A DNA stretch of 64,000 nt, from contig CAKKNE010000001.1 of assembly GCA_918797485.1 (NCBI GenBank), positions 3,720,001 through 3,784,000 on the forward strand, in the 5' to 3' direction. Position 1 is the stretch's first letter; each line of letters starts with the position of its first letter. Position numbers and translations under genes: made by a program. The notes below the pieces were generated by a model that did not search any database, had not been told where the DNA came from, and saw only the letters and a program-made list of their open reading frames with translations. The stretch is from Pelagomonas calceolata (taxonomy: Eukaryota). Positions 30,054 through 40,921 of the stretch are shown piece by piece.

Positions 30054-31589
30054 ATGGGGCGGCTGCCACTGCCCCTCGTCGTAACGCTCGCCGCGGCGGC
30101 GCCGTTTCGCATGGTCTTCAAGCGGCTGCCCAAGGATTCACCCATAGACGGCGCGCGTCGGGCGGCGCGCATTGAGGCCGTGCACCGCCAGCGCGCCATG
30201 TTGAAAGACGAGCACTGCCTCATCGATTCAATAAATACGACCCTGAAAACGACACGAGATATAATTGATTGGGGCGGTTCGGACCAATTGTTTGCCAAAT
30301 GGTGGGACGAGCACGTCGTGGACTTCACGCTGTCGTCGGAGAACTGCAAGAGTCGGGACTTTGCGACGTGTCTGGAGGGGCGGTGGCGGAAGGACGGCGT
30401 GACTGTCTTAAGAGCAGCAGGCCACTCGCCGTGCAAAGTGGCGCGGAACTTGCAATATACTTCAAATCCATACATTTATGTGAGCGTGGGCGAGAACTGG
30501 GGAGCGTTTTCTTCCCACCATGTCAATAGGACCGCAAACTGGAACTACTGGACCGACGCCAAAGAATGTGGAGGTAAAGTTGTCCCTGCGAAACATATCA
30601 GGGGCATGAAGGGCTACGGCTACGGTATGAAAGATGAAAATGAACTAATGAAGTACCACCGTCAGGTGCGCGACTGGCTCGATTCTCCTCAATTACGGTT
30701 GTTATTGACTACTCAAAGAACATCTCAAATAAGGCACCCGAAGGTCGTACCTCTACCTTTGGGGGTGAGGCACGTCAACGTCGCGTTGCTCATGAGTCTC
30801 ATAGTGGGTGCTGCCCGACCACCACGCAGTAGGTGGCTCCTCATCAACAATTCGGGCTGGCAATTTAGAGCAGCAATTAATGAAATGGTCTCCTCGAAAT
30901 TCTCGCCGCCCTTACAAAATACGTACTGCGCCAAGAAGTCCTGCCCTCTGTTGGAAAATGGACCGCCCGTCGTCTACAAGGGCCATACGTTAGATCAAAA
31001 GGCCTACACCGATTTGGCGCGGTATCCCTCGGATCTCGAGGCCTTTTACGAATTCTCGACGTACGGCCAGATCCTGACGTCGAAATTCGTCTTGTGCCCG
31101 CCCGGACTAGGACCGGACTCCTACCGCCTCTGGGAGGTCCTGTATTTGGGTGCTATTCCGGTGATCGAACGAACACAAGGAGGGTGGGACGACCTGCTCG
31201 TCGATTTGCCGGTGCTGCTCGTCGATTCTTACGACGAAATCACGCCCGAGTTTCTGCGGGAGAAGTACGCATTTATACTAGGCAAGTGCGGGACCTTCGA
31301 CCTGAGACGGCTCACCAAAGCCTACTACCTCCATTTGATAAGACGGCAGGGGACGACGCGCCTCGGCGAAGGGACGGCGCGGCCCCACGCTACGAAACGG
31401 GACGGCAGCCCCTACGCGCTGCGGCAGGCTTATCGGTTGGCGCCCGTGCCTCAATACTTGCGGGAGCGGCTGCCGCCTCATTTAAGACCGCCGAAGATGA
31501 AGCATACGGGCCGGTTTACACGCCCTGGGCTGAGGGCCGTGACGAAGCATACCGACCTCAGCAAACTGACGCAGCGAGGGGAGATTTAA
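30054..31589 (+). CDS. Exostosin-like (GT47-type) glycosyltransferase
   Basis: SKFVLCPPGLGPDSYRLWEVLYLGAIPVI...LPVLLVDSYDEITPEFL; N-terminal signal-like segment. Confidence 0.8.
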   Translation: MGRLPLPLVVTLAAAAPFRMVFKRLPKDSPIDGARRAARIEAVHRQRAMLKDEHCLIDSINTTLKTTRDIIDWGGSDQLFAKWWDEHVVDFTLSSENCKSRDFATCLEGRWRKDGVTVLRAAGHSPCKVARNLQYTSNPYIYVSVGENWGAFSSHHVNRTANWNYWTDAKECGGKVVPAKHIRGMKGYGYGMKDENELMKYHRQVRDWLDSPQLRLLLTTQRTSQIRHPKVVPLPLGVRHVNVALLMSLIVGAARPPRSRWLLINNSGWQFRAAINEMVSSKFSPPLQNTYCAKKSCPLLENGPPVVYKGHTLDQKAYTDLARYPSDLEAFYEFSTYGQILTSKFVLCPPGLGPDSYRLWEVLYLGAIPVIERTQGGWDDLLVDLPVLLVDSYDEITPEFLREKYAFILGKCGTFDLRRLTKAYYLHLIRRQGTTRLGEGTARPHATKRDGSPYALRQAYRLAPVPQYLRERLPPHLRPPKMKHTGRFTRPGLRAVTKHTDLSKLTQRGEI

Positions 31590-31599
31590 TCTATGTTTG

Positions 31600-32457
31600 T
31601 TACGCGGGCACGAAGAGCGCTCGATACACACAATCAGCTGTGGAGGTAGAACCAAGCCCCGCGAGCACCGCCCTTTCCCGCTCCGTCTGGACTTGCAGCG
31701 GACTCGCACACAACCACCCCTCAGCGTCGTAGTCGCCTTCCAACCGCAGCTCGTCGCACGCCGCAAACCGCTCCCGCATCTCCTCGGCGACGTCCAAGAC
31801 GTCCGACGCGACGTAGACCGACGCCGACACTGGAGACGCGCAGACCGCGCTTGATATTGTCGCCGCCAGCTCCGGCGTGCAGACGCGCCGCTTCCGGTGC
31901 TTCTTCTTGAAATGAGGGTCGGGAAATTGTATACAGATACGTTCGAGCGGCGCGCCCGCGTTCGCGAGGTCGCCTAGTAATCGCCCCAGATCAACGTTCG
32001 CGTTGCACTGGAGGAAGGCGCAATTTGATAATGACTGGGCGCTTTGTTGCGCCCTTGCCACGGCCTCGGGCCTCAACTCTAATCCGAGGAAGTTCCGCGA
32101 CGCGTCATTGATTGCGGATTCGACGCACCAGCCGCCCAGCGCGCAGCCGACGTCTACTGTTAAAGGTTGGGTGCGGTCGTCGAAGATTGTTCGGGCCCAG
32201 TCCTCCGCCAATTCCGCCGGTTGCGTGGCGGCCGCGGAGAGCGGGTTGCGGTGGTGGCGCAGCCGCTTGACGCGCTTGCGCTTCGGTGGTGCGTCGACCT
32301 GGAAGCCGGCCGCGGCCCGGAACGCTTCCAGTTGCGCGTCGTCGACGGCTGCAGCTGCGAGACGCCGGCTGCAGCGTGCTGCCCTGGCCTGCTGGAGGCA
32401 GGCGGCGCGCCTGGCGGCAGCGGCGAGCAATAGCATTAATCGTCGTTTGTAGATCAT
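31600..32457 (-). CDS. trmB: tRNA (guanine-N7)-methyltransferase, organelle-targeted
   Basis: RLRHHRNPL, DVGCALG, FLGLELR, QFPDPHFKKKHRKRR, ASDVLDVAEEM and QTERE motifs. Confidence 0.92.
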   Translation of the reverse strand: MIYKRRLMLLLAAAARRAACLQQARAARCSRRLAAAAVDDAQLEAFRAAAGFQVDAPPKRKRVKRLRHHRNPLSAAATQPAELAEDWARTIFDDRTQPLTVDVGCALGGWCVESAINDASRNFLGLELRPEAVARAQQSAQSLSNCAFLQCNANVDLGRLLGDLANAGAPLERICIQFPDPHFKKKHRKRRVCTPELAATISSAVCASPVSASVYVASDVLDVAEEMRERFAACDELRLEGDYDAEGWLCASPLQVQTERERAVLAGLGSTSTADCVYRALFVPA

Positions 32458-32521
32458 CTATGATTGATAAGCCAGCTTTGCACCCGCGTGGGCGATGCTC
32501 TGAAGGTGAAAGCGCTGAGCA

Positions 32522-32544
32522 GCTAGCGTATCGACACATACTAG
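32522..32544 (+). promoter_or_regulatory. CTAG-N14-CTAG upstream motif copy
   Basis: GCTAGCGtatcgacacataCTAG in the divergent gap trmB/peroxidase. Confidence 0.5.
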
Positions 32545-32864
32545 CATACGAATCCGCGCGCAGGAACGGGTCCATCATCGCGGCACAACAGCGAAAGCGG
32601 CTTGATGCGTCTCGCAACACATTCCTGCCCCCATCACGCGCGTGCGCGTGTCGTCGCCGCGTCCGGCACGCGAAAGCAGCAAAGCGGGCCACACGTCCTC
32701 GGGTACGTACCGCACATCAACCGGTCACCCCGGACCCGACATCACACGTGTGGCAATTCCCCCTGCGGTCCGTTCTGACGCTAAATGATATTAATTCAAG
32801 TCTCTTTTTGGCACCGCGGAAGGACTTCAAACGCTGCCAGAGTCGGCCCAATTCAGCCAAAACA

Positions 32865-33935
32865 ATGCTCAAGCAAGCCGCCTTGATCACCTTTGCAAGC
32901 AGCGCCGCGGCCCTCCAAGCGCCGGGCCTGCAGGTGCTCCAGCGGAGCTTGCACACTCGCCTGCTGGCCAGCAGCGGCGCCGGAAAGAGCTTCACGCGCC
33001 TCCGCAGCACGACGTGTCCCGCGCAGGCCCATGAACCCACGACAGCGCTGGAGCGCGGCGCCGTCTTGAGAGGCGCCGTCGCGGCCGTCGTCGCGGCCGT
33101 CGCGCCCACCACGGCGCGCGCCGCCGACGCCGTCGACTACAAGGCCGTCGCGGCCGACATCGCGAAGATCATCAAGAGCGACCCGGACAAGGGCCCGACC
33201 TTCCTGCGGCTGGCCTGGCACTCGTCGGGCGACTACTCGAAGCAGGCGCGGGACGGCGGGTCAAGGGGAGGCACGATCCGCTTCAAGGAGGAATTAGCTC
33301 ATGGCGGCAACGCGGGCCTCGCCAAGGCCGTCAAGTGGCTCGAGCCCGTCAAGAAGGCCCACCCCGGCGCGTCCTACGCCGACATCTTCACGCTCGCCGG
33401 CGTCGTCGCCATCAAGGAGGCCAACGGACCCGTTATAGGGTGGAGCTCGGGTCGCGTGGACGAGCCCGTCTCATCCGTCGCGCCGGACGGCCGCCTGCCG
33501 AACGCCGACATGGGGTCTCCCGCAAAGACGGCGGACCATTTGCGCGACGGCGTCTTCTACCGCATGGGCTTCGACGACCGCGAAATTGTGGCATTGTCCG
33601 GTGCCCACGCGCTGGGGCGCTGCCACCCGGACGCTTCTGGCTACGACGGGCCCTGGACGCCGACGCCGACGACGCTCAACAACGGCTACTATTCCCTCCT
33701 GCTCAACGTCGAGTGGACGCCGCGCGCCTGGGACGGCCCCTTCCAGTACGAGGACCCGTCGAAGAAGCTCATGATGCTCCCCTCGGACTTGCTCTTGGTG
33801 ACGGACAAAAAATTCGCCAAGTACACGAAGCAGTACGCCAGGGACAACGCCAGGTTCTTTGCGGACTTTGCCGCGGCCTTCCAGAAGCTCGAGGAGAACG
33901 GGTGTTCTGGGTTGACGCCGACGGAGTGGGCCTGA
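32865..33935 (+). CDS. Class I heme peroxidase (ascorbate/cytochrome c peroxidase), probably plastid/thylakoid-lumen targeted
   Basis: FLRLAWHSSG, GRLPNAD, EIVALSGAHALGRCH..SGYDGPWT and MMLPSD. Start MLKQAALITFASSAAA-LQAP plus a second hydrophobic AxA signal. Confidence 0.93.
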   Translation: MLKQAALITFASSAAALQAPGLQVLQRSLHTRLLASSGAGKSFTRLRSTTCPAQAHEPTTALERGAVLRGAVAAVVAAVAPTTARAADAVDYKAVAADIAKIIKSDPDKGPTFLRLAWHSSGDYSKQARDGGSRGGTIRFKEELAHGGNAGLAKAVKWLEPVKKAHPGASYADIFTLAGVVAIKEANGPVIGWSSGRVDEPVSSVAPDGRLPNADMGSPAKTADHLRDGVFYRMGFDDREIVALSGAHALGRCHPDASGYDGPWTPTPTTLNNGYYSLLLNVEWTPRAWDGPFQYEDPSKKLMMLPSDLLLVTDKKFAKYTKQYARDNARFFADFAAAFQKLEENGCSGLTPTEWA

Positions 33936-34049
33936 CTTCTCTGACGATGGGCGCGCCGAGGGTTTTGTGGTGGGCGACCCGTCACAACGAACGGCGCGCG
34001 CGCGCGATCCCCTAACTATTAATAACACACAAATTCCACTTACGAGTCA

Positions 34050-37000
34050 TCAGACAGTAGAGTGGTCAAACGATGGCCGGGACACTTGTGACGGCCGGGA
34101 GAGGTCATACGTCACAGAATCCGACTCCAGCGTCATGAGCGCGTAGTCCGCCTTCGTCCAGCGAGCTTTATGCATCAGATCGACGGGTGGACCCTCCGCG
34201 ATTGCAGCGGGCGCGGGCGCGGGCACCGGCGCCTCGACGACCGTTTTACTGGAAATGACGAAGCGCCGGTCCTTCGCCGGTAATCCAGCTAACATCAACC
34301 CCGCCTCGTCCCCATACAAATCGGACGAGCACTCGACGCCCAATCTGTACTTCGACCGCTCGGCGACGTAGGCGAGTCGGTTAATCGCGTCGTTCCCGAG
34401 CTCAAAGTTCCGCGACAACCCTATTGAAAGGTGGGGGCGCGGGTCCGGCGGCGGTGGACGCGGCTTCGTATCAAGTTCCTCTTCCTCCGCGCCCGGCGCC
34501 CGGACCCCGATCCAGGCCCTTGGTCTTTCCACGCTAAATTGAAAACACAGCTCGTCAGCTAACGCGAAGCCCGTCTGCGGCCCGCAGCCGCACCGCGCCA
34601 GATCCAACCGACTTAATGAAGGTGTGGCCGCCGCGGCTTTTGCCAGAGCTGCACATCCTCTATCCCCTAAATCAGGATTGTCTTTCAGCACTAAAACCTC
34701 GAGATGTCTACGCTTTGTCGAGGAAGGCGGCTTCCGCTCGGGCTTGCTCCACGCGGCGCCACAGTATAGTCGCCCCGACGCGTCCTTGCAGTCGCTGGTG
34801 CACTCGACGTCGCGCCACTCCACCACAGGCTCCTCACCTCGCGGTAAATCCCTAAGAATAACAGCACCCATCGCATCGGACGTCGCCAGGTCCTTGTCCC
34901 AAATCTTCAATTCCACGACGGAATCTTGCGGCGCCCGGACCTCGCACTCTACAACATAATTCCACTCGGGGCTCAAATTCTTCTTGACCACCTGCGTCTT
35001 GCCGACCTTCTTCCCGTCCACTTTCACGACGACGTAGGGGTCGCTGCTGCGGTTTTTTGATTGAAGGGCCCAGTCCTTTATTACGAGGTTTTCGGCTTTT
35101 TGTACTGAGATGCTCAACAGAGATAGGGGCTCCTCGTTCTCATTGACATTGTTGTGGGCATCCAAACCCGCCGCTATCACATAGGCTGCATACCCCTGGA
35201 GGCGACACCCTGCTAGTGATAAGTTCGAGGGGCAGGCGGGTCCACCAATCAAAGCCTTGAGCTGTCCTACTAATGTAGGCGCGTTGAAGGAGTTGCCGTC
35301 CAATACGAATCGCGTCAACGGTTTCGCTTGCCTCTCCGACGTCCGGAGCATGACGGCTTCTAGGATACATGATAGCGCACCGGGCCCGAGACACGCACCA
35401 TCTAAAGCCAGTTCTCGCAATGTATCAGTATCAAGATCCTTCCTAACTAAACCTCTAGCCAAAGCCTTGCCAAAACCAACGGAGCACCGCGCGCGGTGGA
35501 CGCAGATCGCTGTAGAACGCCCCCGAGCCGCCAGCAGGCCGCACGCCGCGCCGGCCCTTCGATCCAAATACAAATCGCGGGCCTCGCCAGCTAACACAAG
35601 CTTCGGCGGCTTTGATGAACGGAGCAACTTGCCTGATCTTCTACGAGCCGTCAGGGCCGTGGACGCTGCCGGCGCTAGTAAGGCTGCCGCCGCTAACAGC
35701 ACATCCTCGGACCCATAGAACGGCGCCTCCAGGACCACGGCGTCCGCCGATGAAGCTAAAGCAACTAATTCACCTCTCCCAAGGTCATGAGAGCGCCAGG
35801 CTAACACCCCACACTTCGCGACGCGCCGCCGCGCCTCGAAATACTGGGACGAGAGGCCCTCCCTCGAGCGGTGCGCTCGTGATGAAGATAATGCAGTGGG
35901 CATCGCCGGCAGGTCCACTTCCTCCTCAGGTCGTTGTTGGGCTACGGGCACCGCTTCTTCCGTCTCTGTTTCAACAACTGCCGTCTTCGTAACTACTGGA
36001 GCCTTCTCTTTCTTTGAGGAAGAACCAAACCACGACTTCTTCTGCTTCTTCACCGGAAGATCTTCGGCCCTCTCGACAATAGGACCGACGCGGCACCCCA
36101 CAAAGATCCGGCCCGTGGCGTCCTTGCAGTCCTTAGTTGTCTGTACATCTAACCACCGCGCTTCACCGAAGGGATATGACAACTCGACCGACCCCATCGC
36201 ATCGGACCCGACTAAATCTTTATCGCGGATCTCGAACTCCAGTACTGAACTTGACAAGTGCTCCTCCAGCACTTCCGTCTCGAGCGCGAACGACCAGACG
36301 GGATTGAGGGACTTATCAACAACAAGTGTCTTGCCGAGTTCCTTCCCGTCCAGCTTCACGACCACGTAGGGGTCACTGGTCCGATTCGCCTTGCGGAAGG
36401 ACCAGTCCTTTGCCACGAGATTCTCGCCCTTCTCTACTACTATAGACAGAGGCGCATACCTCAAAAGTTTGAGCGGTGGCGGTGCTTCTTCCTCTTTTAC
36501 GGGTTCCTCCTTTTTCTTGGACGAGAAGAAGCTCTTCTTCTGCTTTTTTGGCGGGAACAAACCGCGTATCGACGCCACGCCTTTAGCTGCTAACAAATCA
36601 GTAAACTTCGACAAGTAAACCCGTCTCTGCCGTCGTCGAAAGTCCAGCATGAGAGAACGCTGCCTCTTCTTGAGGTGGCGGTCCGCGACGCGCCTTCTAG
36701 CCGCGGCAGACCTAGCTAGTAACATGACCATGCGCCCGCAGAGCCAGTTCGCCGCTCTAGCTTTCATTGATCTGTAAGCTTTATCGTAGGCTAACGCAGC
36801 TAACAAGGCGTCGGCTTTGTCGACGGCGCGCTGTGCGGCCTCCCGTTGCTTCCGCCATATCCACAGCGTCTTGAACCCACGCCACATCCTTATTTTGGTT
36901 CGATCTTCTTTCGACCCGATACACCTCCTGATTTTCGCATTCTGTTCCCGCTTGATGCGAGCCAGCTCCCGGTAGTGGCGCAGGGCCCATGTACCCTTCA

Positions 37001-40000
37001 CAAACAGCGCTATTTTTCTAGATCTCGATTCCCAGAGCCAGATCTGCTTGCACCGTCCCCACCACTTCTTCTGAATCCTAAACTCCTTCGCACCGATGCA
37101 CGCTCGAATCTTCGCGTCGTTTTCTCGTTTTTGGCGCGCTAGCTCCCGACACTCATCTCGAGCAATTCTACACCTACACATCCTCACTATCGTATTCGCC
37201 GCTTTAGATTGGGGCGCCCAGGTCTTCCAGACGACAAAGACTTTAATTCTAGTTCGTAGTTCTCGTTTACCAACTCCCAGTGCAATTTTCATACGCTCTT
37301 GGTTCCGCAGCTTTTGCGCGTTTTCCAGGCGTCTTTTAGCTAACCAACATCGAGCTCGCCCGTTGCACACTCTCGCCGCAAAACACTGCCTTGAATATGT
37401 ATGCCAAGCGGCCATGATGCGGATACAAGTCCTCTGAGACTTTTTAACAAGTGCAAAGGCTACCTTGGAAGTGACCATTTTCTGAGCTTTCCGCAGTCGT
37501 CTCACACAAGTCAAAGCAATATACCTCCGAAAAGCTCTGATAATAACATGGGCACACCGCATATGTCTTCGATGCATGTCCCGCCACGCCTTCATGACCC
37601 AGCGACCCTGGCGCTTGAAGAACTTCCTCCTCAACTTCTTAGCTTTCTGCCTTTGTTTTTTCAATCTTTTAAGGCAGTGCTTGGCGGCGTAGGCGCGCCA
37701 CATGCGTTGGATCACCTTAGAACGGGCATTCTTCTGTAGCGAGTATATCGATGCTATTGCCAGCGATTCTGTCAAAGCCTTCTGTTCGGCTCGCACTCTG
37801 ATTCGTCTCAGTCGTAGCACTTTAGCTCTCCAATAAACGCGTCGATTGCGGTACCACCCGGCGATCCTCGTCGACATCTTGACGCGCCGCGCTAAAATAA
37901 TTGCTTTGGCATCTTTGTCCCAGGCCCTCACGATGATGCGGTGGTCCCTCCTTTGTAGTCGTATCCTCATTCTATTGGAAGCGACGTTGTTCCGCTTTCT
38001 TCTACGTAACCAGTCCCGGCAGTGGCACCGAGATAAGAATGAACGAATGAACCTCTGAACACACTCCGCAGCCAGCCGCCGCTTCTTGCACCATGCGCTA
38101 TACCTCAACCATTTCCAATATAACCGCTTGAGGCGCCTCTGCGAGTGGTGCTTCAATAACCTCTCGACCCAGACGCGCCTTCTTCCAGCAATACCCCGCG
38201 CCCGCCTTTGGATCGTCGTCGCGTGATCACGCCGGAAATGGACCAACACCAACGTCTTCTTGAAGATGTTCAGACCTCTCCCGAGTTGCCGTTTGACGAA
38301 GCGAGGCCTGTCCGCCTTGAGGATGCGATTGTGCTTCCTACGCCTTTCAGTTCTCAATTGAGCCAACCTCCTCCTCACGGCATTCGCCGCTTTCGTCGCG
38401 ACGTACACGCGGTACTTCTTCTGCTCCCGCGTGTAGGCGCGCCAGCCCAGGAAGTACCTCGGACACCCTTTAGCCATGGACATGCGAATCGTATTCGACA
38501 GCTTGCCGAAAGCTTCCGCCTCCCACGCTTGATACGCTTTCCACTTCCGCATTTCTTCGTTGCAGTAGACTCTTGCCAACATACCTCGCGCGAGCGCTTG
38601 GGGGTACCTTACCAAAGCATACTCCTCGGCTCGCAGCAGGAACGCGCAGCCCGCCCTTCTCGTACACGGCAACGCAACCGCAATACAGGCTCTTTCAACA
38701 GCGTTCAGATGCTGGAAGATACTATCGACCTGCTTCCACTGCAGCCGGTCGAAGGGCTCTCCCAAAACAGCTACACTTGCTAAAGCGTCTCGGGCCTTCC
38801 GCATCAGCTCCATCTGCTCCTGCTTGTGGGCCTCTAATTTAACCTCGTCGAAGCGCTTCTGGGCCTCCTCGAGCTTCTCGTACGCTTCCATTCGTTTAAA
38901 CGCGCCCTGCTCGCGGGCCTCGACCTCCCACTTTCTCGCAGTTAATCTAACATCTAAATGCCAGGGCTCCACCTTCAAAGCGCGTTGTAACGCCCTAAAA
39001 GCCTCCCGATCGTGGTGGCAGACCCACAAACCTTCAGCGCGCCGCCACCAGACCTCGCACTCCGCGCGATGCCTCGCTTGCGATTTCGGGAGGTTGTTCA
39101 ATGACCCAAGGTTGACATCGGACAATTCCAGCGTTTCCAAAGCCGTCTCCGTGCATTGCAGGGCTAAGAAAGGCTGCCTTCTCTGTCTAAGGACCTCGTT
39201 GGCGGTGATCCAAACTCGTGTATCTCCCAACCAAGCTTCCGCCGATTGGCCCCGCGTCTTGTCGGGAGGCGCTTCCAGTGAAGCGACGGGGTCGACCGCG
39301 TCGTTCGAGGCCAATGCTCGCGCGTCCTCCAATGCAGCTCTGGCTTCGTAGCCGCGATTCGCATGCGCCAATGCTCTACTGTACAACAGTGTAGCGAGCC
39401 ACCTAGGGAGCTGTGGTGGCACGTCCAATCCGGGCGGTAAGCCGCCTAAATCATCTGGTTCTAGATCTTCCGGGATGTAGTTTGCTGCCGCTCTCCGACT
39501 TTGGTCCTCGTAAATTTCTTCCAAACATTCCAGAGCTCGCTCGTCCCCGAGGCCGCCGCCCTCCTGCAGTAATGCCGCGCACCAGAGTAGGGAGTGGTGT
39601 TCCACTAACCTTTCGAGAGCCGTATGCTTTTTTACCTTCGAAGCTTGTGTCTTGGTCCGCCATTTGGCTGCTGCATTGGAGGCCGGATCATCTATCAGTT
39701 TAGGTTGATGATCCTCCACCACAACTTCCTCCTCGGGGAGGAGTTCCGCGAACAGGTCGAAGGCCTGGTCCCGTCGCTGTGCCAACGTAACCGCGTGCTG
39801 CGTACCTCTCTCTTCTACCGATGGTCTACCAGCAGCACAGCAGGCGATCTCGTACTTCAGCATAATATGTATGCTAGGTGCCTCGACGGACGTCCCTTCC
39901 CTCCATCTTTCAAACAAGTTACAAGCTAACGCTGCTGAACTCCGTTTCTCGTTGCAGTGCAGCGCCCAGGCCGCGTGGTGCAACCGAGCAGCCAACAGAG

Positions 40001-40538
40001 CGTTGTAGAACCGATCCCCATCCCCGTCATGCGCCAGTCGAGCTTTGTCGACTTCCACGGTCGCGCGGTGCCACTTGCCCTGGTCCCCGTACGTCACGGC
40101 GTTCCGCAAGTGCCGCTTCTTGCGCTGGGCGGCGCGTTTGCGCGCCTCCCGCGCCTGATAGGACCAACTCCCCATCTCCGGCGTGCCGCGGTCGCGCATC
40201 ATGTCTCTCCGCGGGATGCGCAGCGTGACGGTCCGGTACGGTTTGATCCACTTGAGTTCTCCCGTGACGCGGTGCCACCACCATCTACAAGGCTCGGCGC
40301 CGTCCTTCTCGAACTCGAGCCAGACCGGTGGGGGTGGGGGCTCGGGCGTGTGTACACTACTAGATGATGTCGAGGAGCCCGAGCTGCTCGAACTTCCTGA
40401 GCTGCCGCTCGACGAGGAGGAGGACGAGGACGATGATGATGATGTGCTCTCGTCATCACTCTCTACCTCCCGCTTCTTGCGGGGGCTGAGCTTGACGCCG
40501 CCGCGCCGGGGGCTCAGCTTGATGCCCAGGCCGTCCAT
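34050..40538 (-). CDS. 2162-aa multidomain protein: poly-Ser, WW-like, TPR-like, IQ/Sfi1-like basic repeats, two C2 domains, LRRs
   Basis: WWHRVTGELKWIKP; ATTIQRRARGIAGRR and VIQRMWRAYAAK; two SDPYVVVK.DGK..GKT.VV.K.L.P.W C2 domains; LRELALDGACLG and LSRLDLARCGCG. Confidence 0.88.
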   Translation of the reverse strand: MDGLGIKLSPRRGGVKLSPRKKREVESDDESTSSSSSSSSSSSSGSSGSSSSSGSSTSSSSVHTPEPPPPPVWLEFEKDGAEPCRWWWHRVTGELKWIKPYRTVTLRIPRRDMMRDRGTPEMGSWSYQAREARKRAAQRKKRHLRNAVTYGDQGKWHRATVEVDKARLAHDGDGDRFYNALLAARLHHAAWALHCNEKRSSAALACNLFERWREGTSVEAPSIHIMLKYEIACCAAGRPSVEERGTQHAVTLAQRRDQAFDLFAELLPEEEVVVEDHQPKLIDDPASNAAAKWRTKTQASKVKKHTALERLVEHHSLLWCAALLQEGGGLGDERALECLEEIYEDQSRRAAANYIPEDLEPDDLGGLPPGLDVPPQLPRWLATLLYSRALAHANRGYEARAALEDARALASNDAVDPVASLEAPPDKTRGQSAEAWLGDTRVWITANEVLRQRRQPFLALQCTETALETLELSDVNLGSLNNLPKSQARHRAECEVWWRRAEGLWVCHHDREAFRALQRALKVEPWHLDVRLTARKWEVEAREQGAFKRMEAYEKLEEAQKRFDEVKLEAHKQEQMELMRKARDALASVAVLGEPFDRLQWKQVDSIFQHLNAVERACIAVALPCTRRAGCAFLLRAEEYALVRYPQALARGMLARVYCNEEMRKWKAYQAWEAEAFGKLSNTIRMSMAKGCPRYFLGWRAYTREQKKYRVYVATKAANAVRRRLAQLRTERRRKHNRILKADRPRFVKRQLGRGLNIFKKTLVLVHFRRDHATTIQRRARGIAGRRRVWVERLLKHHSQRRLKRLYWKWLRYSAWCKKRRLAAECVQRFIRSFLSRCHCRDWLRRRKRNNVASNRMRIRLQRRDHRIIVRAWDKDAKAIILARRVKMSTRIAGWYRNRRVYWRAKVLRLRRIRVRAEQKALTESLAIASIYSLQKNARSKVIQRMWRAYAAKHCLKRLKKQRQKAKKLRRKFFKRQGRWVMKAWRDMHRRHMRCAHVIIRAFRRYIALTCVRRLRKAQKMVTSKVAFALVKKSQRTCIRIMAAWHTYSRQCFAARVCNGRARCWLAKRRLENAQKLRNQERMKIALGVGKRELRTRIKVFVVWKTWAPQSKAANTIVRMCRCRIARDECRELARQKRENDAKIRACIGAKEFRIQKKWWGRCKQIWLWESRSRKIALFVKGTWALRHYRELARIKREQNAKIRRCIGSKEDRTKIRMWRGFKTLWIWRKQREAAQRAVDKADALLAALAYDKAYRSMKARAANWLCGRMVMLLARSAAARRRVADRHLKKRQRSLMLDFRRRQRRVYLSKFTDLLAAKGVASIRGLFPPKKQKKSFFSSKKKEEPVKEEEAPPPLKLLRYAPLSIVVEKGENLVAKDWSFRKANRTSDPYVVVKLDGKELGKTLVVDKSLNPVWSFALETEVLEEHLSSSVLEFEIRDKDLVGSDAMGSVELSYPFGEARWLDVQTTKDCKDATGRIFVGCRVGPIVERAEDLPVKKQKKSWFGSSSKKEKAPVVTKTAVVETETEEAVPVAQQRPEEEVDLPAMPTALSSSRAHRSREGLSSQYFEARRRVAKCGVLAWRSHDLGRGELVALASSADAVVLEAPFYGSEDVLLAAAALLAPAASTALTARRRSGKLLRSSKPPKLVLAGEARDLYLDRRAGAACGLLAARGRSTAICVHRARCSVGFGKALARGLVRKDLDTDTLRELALDGACLGPGALSCILEAVMLRTSERQAKPLTRFVLDGNSFNAPTLVGQLKALIGGPACPSNLSLAGCRLQGYAAYVIAAGLDAHNNVNENEEPLSLLSISVQKAENLVIKDWALQSKNRSSDPYVVVKVDGKKVGKTQVVKKNLSPEWNYVVECEVRAPQDSVVELKIWDKDLATSDAMGAVILRDLPRGEEPVVEWRDVECTSDCKDASGRLYCGAAWSKPERKPPSSTKRRHLEVLVLKDNPDLGDRGCAALAKAAAATPSLSRLDLARCGCGPQTGFALADELCFQFSVERPRAWIGVRAPGAEEEELDTKPRPPPPDPRPHLSIGLSRNFELGNDAINRLAYVAERSKYRLGVECSSDLYGDEAGLMLAGLPAKDRRFVISSKTVVEAPVPAPAPAAIAEGPPVDLMHKARWTKADYALMTLESDSVTYDLSRPSQVSRPSFDHSTV

Positions 40539-40764
40539 CGTTTACGTGGGTCGTCGTCGCATGGTTATGGGTATCGGGGCAGTGCGCTTGGGCTGCCCTT
40601 CGTGGCTCTCGCACCGTCGCTGTCGAGGCTGTAGGCAGCAGCACTCGGCGCTGGGCTGGGGCTTGGCAAGTGGCTTGGCCGACGGGCTTTCCTCGAGAGG
40701 TATGGCGTCCGCGGAGACGGTCTTCGCCGGAAATCGTGCTGCCCTGACGAGTTGCGGCTGCTTG

Positions 40765-40787
40765 CTAGTGTCTTACTGGACGCTAGC
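40765..40787 (-). promoter_or_regulatory. CTAG-N14-CTAG upstream motif copy
   Basis: Reverse complement GCTAGCGtccagtaagacaCTAGcaagc in the divergent gap 40538(-)/40922(+). Confidence 0.55.
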
Positions 40788-40921
40788 CCTCGTTTTTGGC
40801 TCTCCCTTTGTCGACAGCGTTTCCCTTTGCGAGCACGCTTGGTACAGCAGTAAAAGTGGCCGGACGCTCCATCATTCGTCGCAGCGGTGCACGCTTTACA
40901 CGCTGCAAACGCACAGCATTG

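Noticed and set aside
32286..32864. N-terminal extension of the peroxidase ORF (similarly 3938-4354, 6796-7002, 53342-53536 and 63156-63503)
   Set aside because: Upstream or non-ATG starts that run through intergenic or opposite-strand sequence. Downstream ATGs give credible N-termini.
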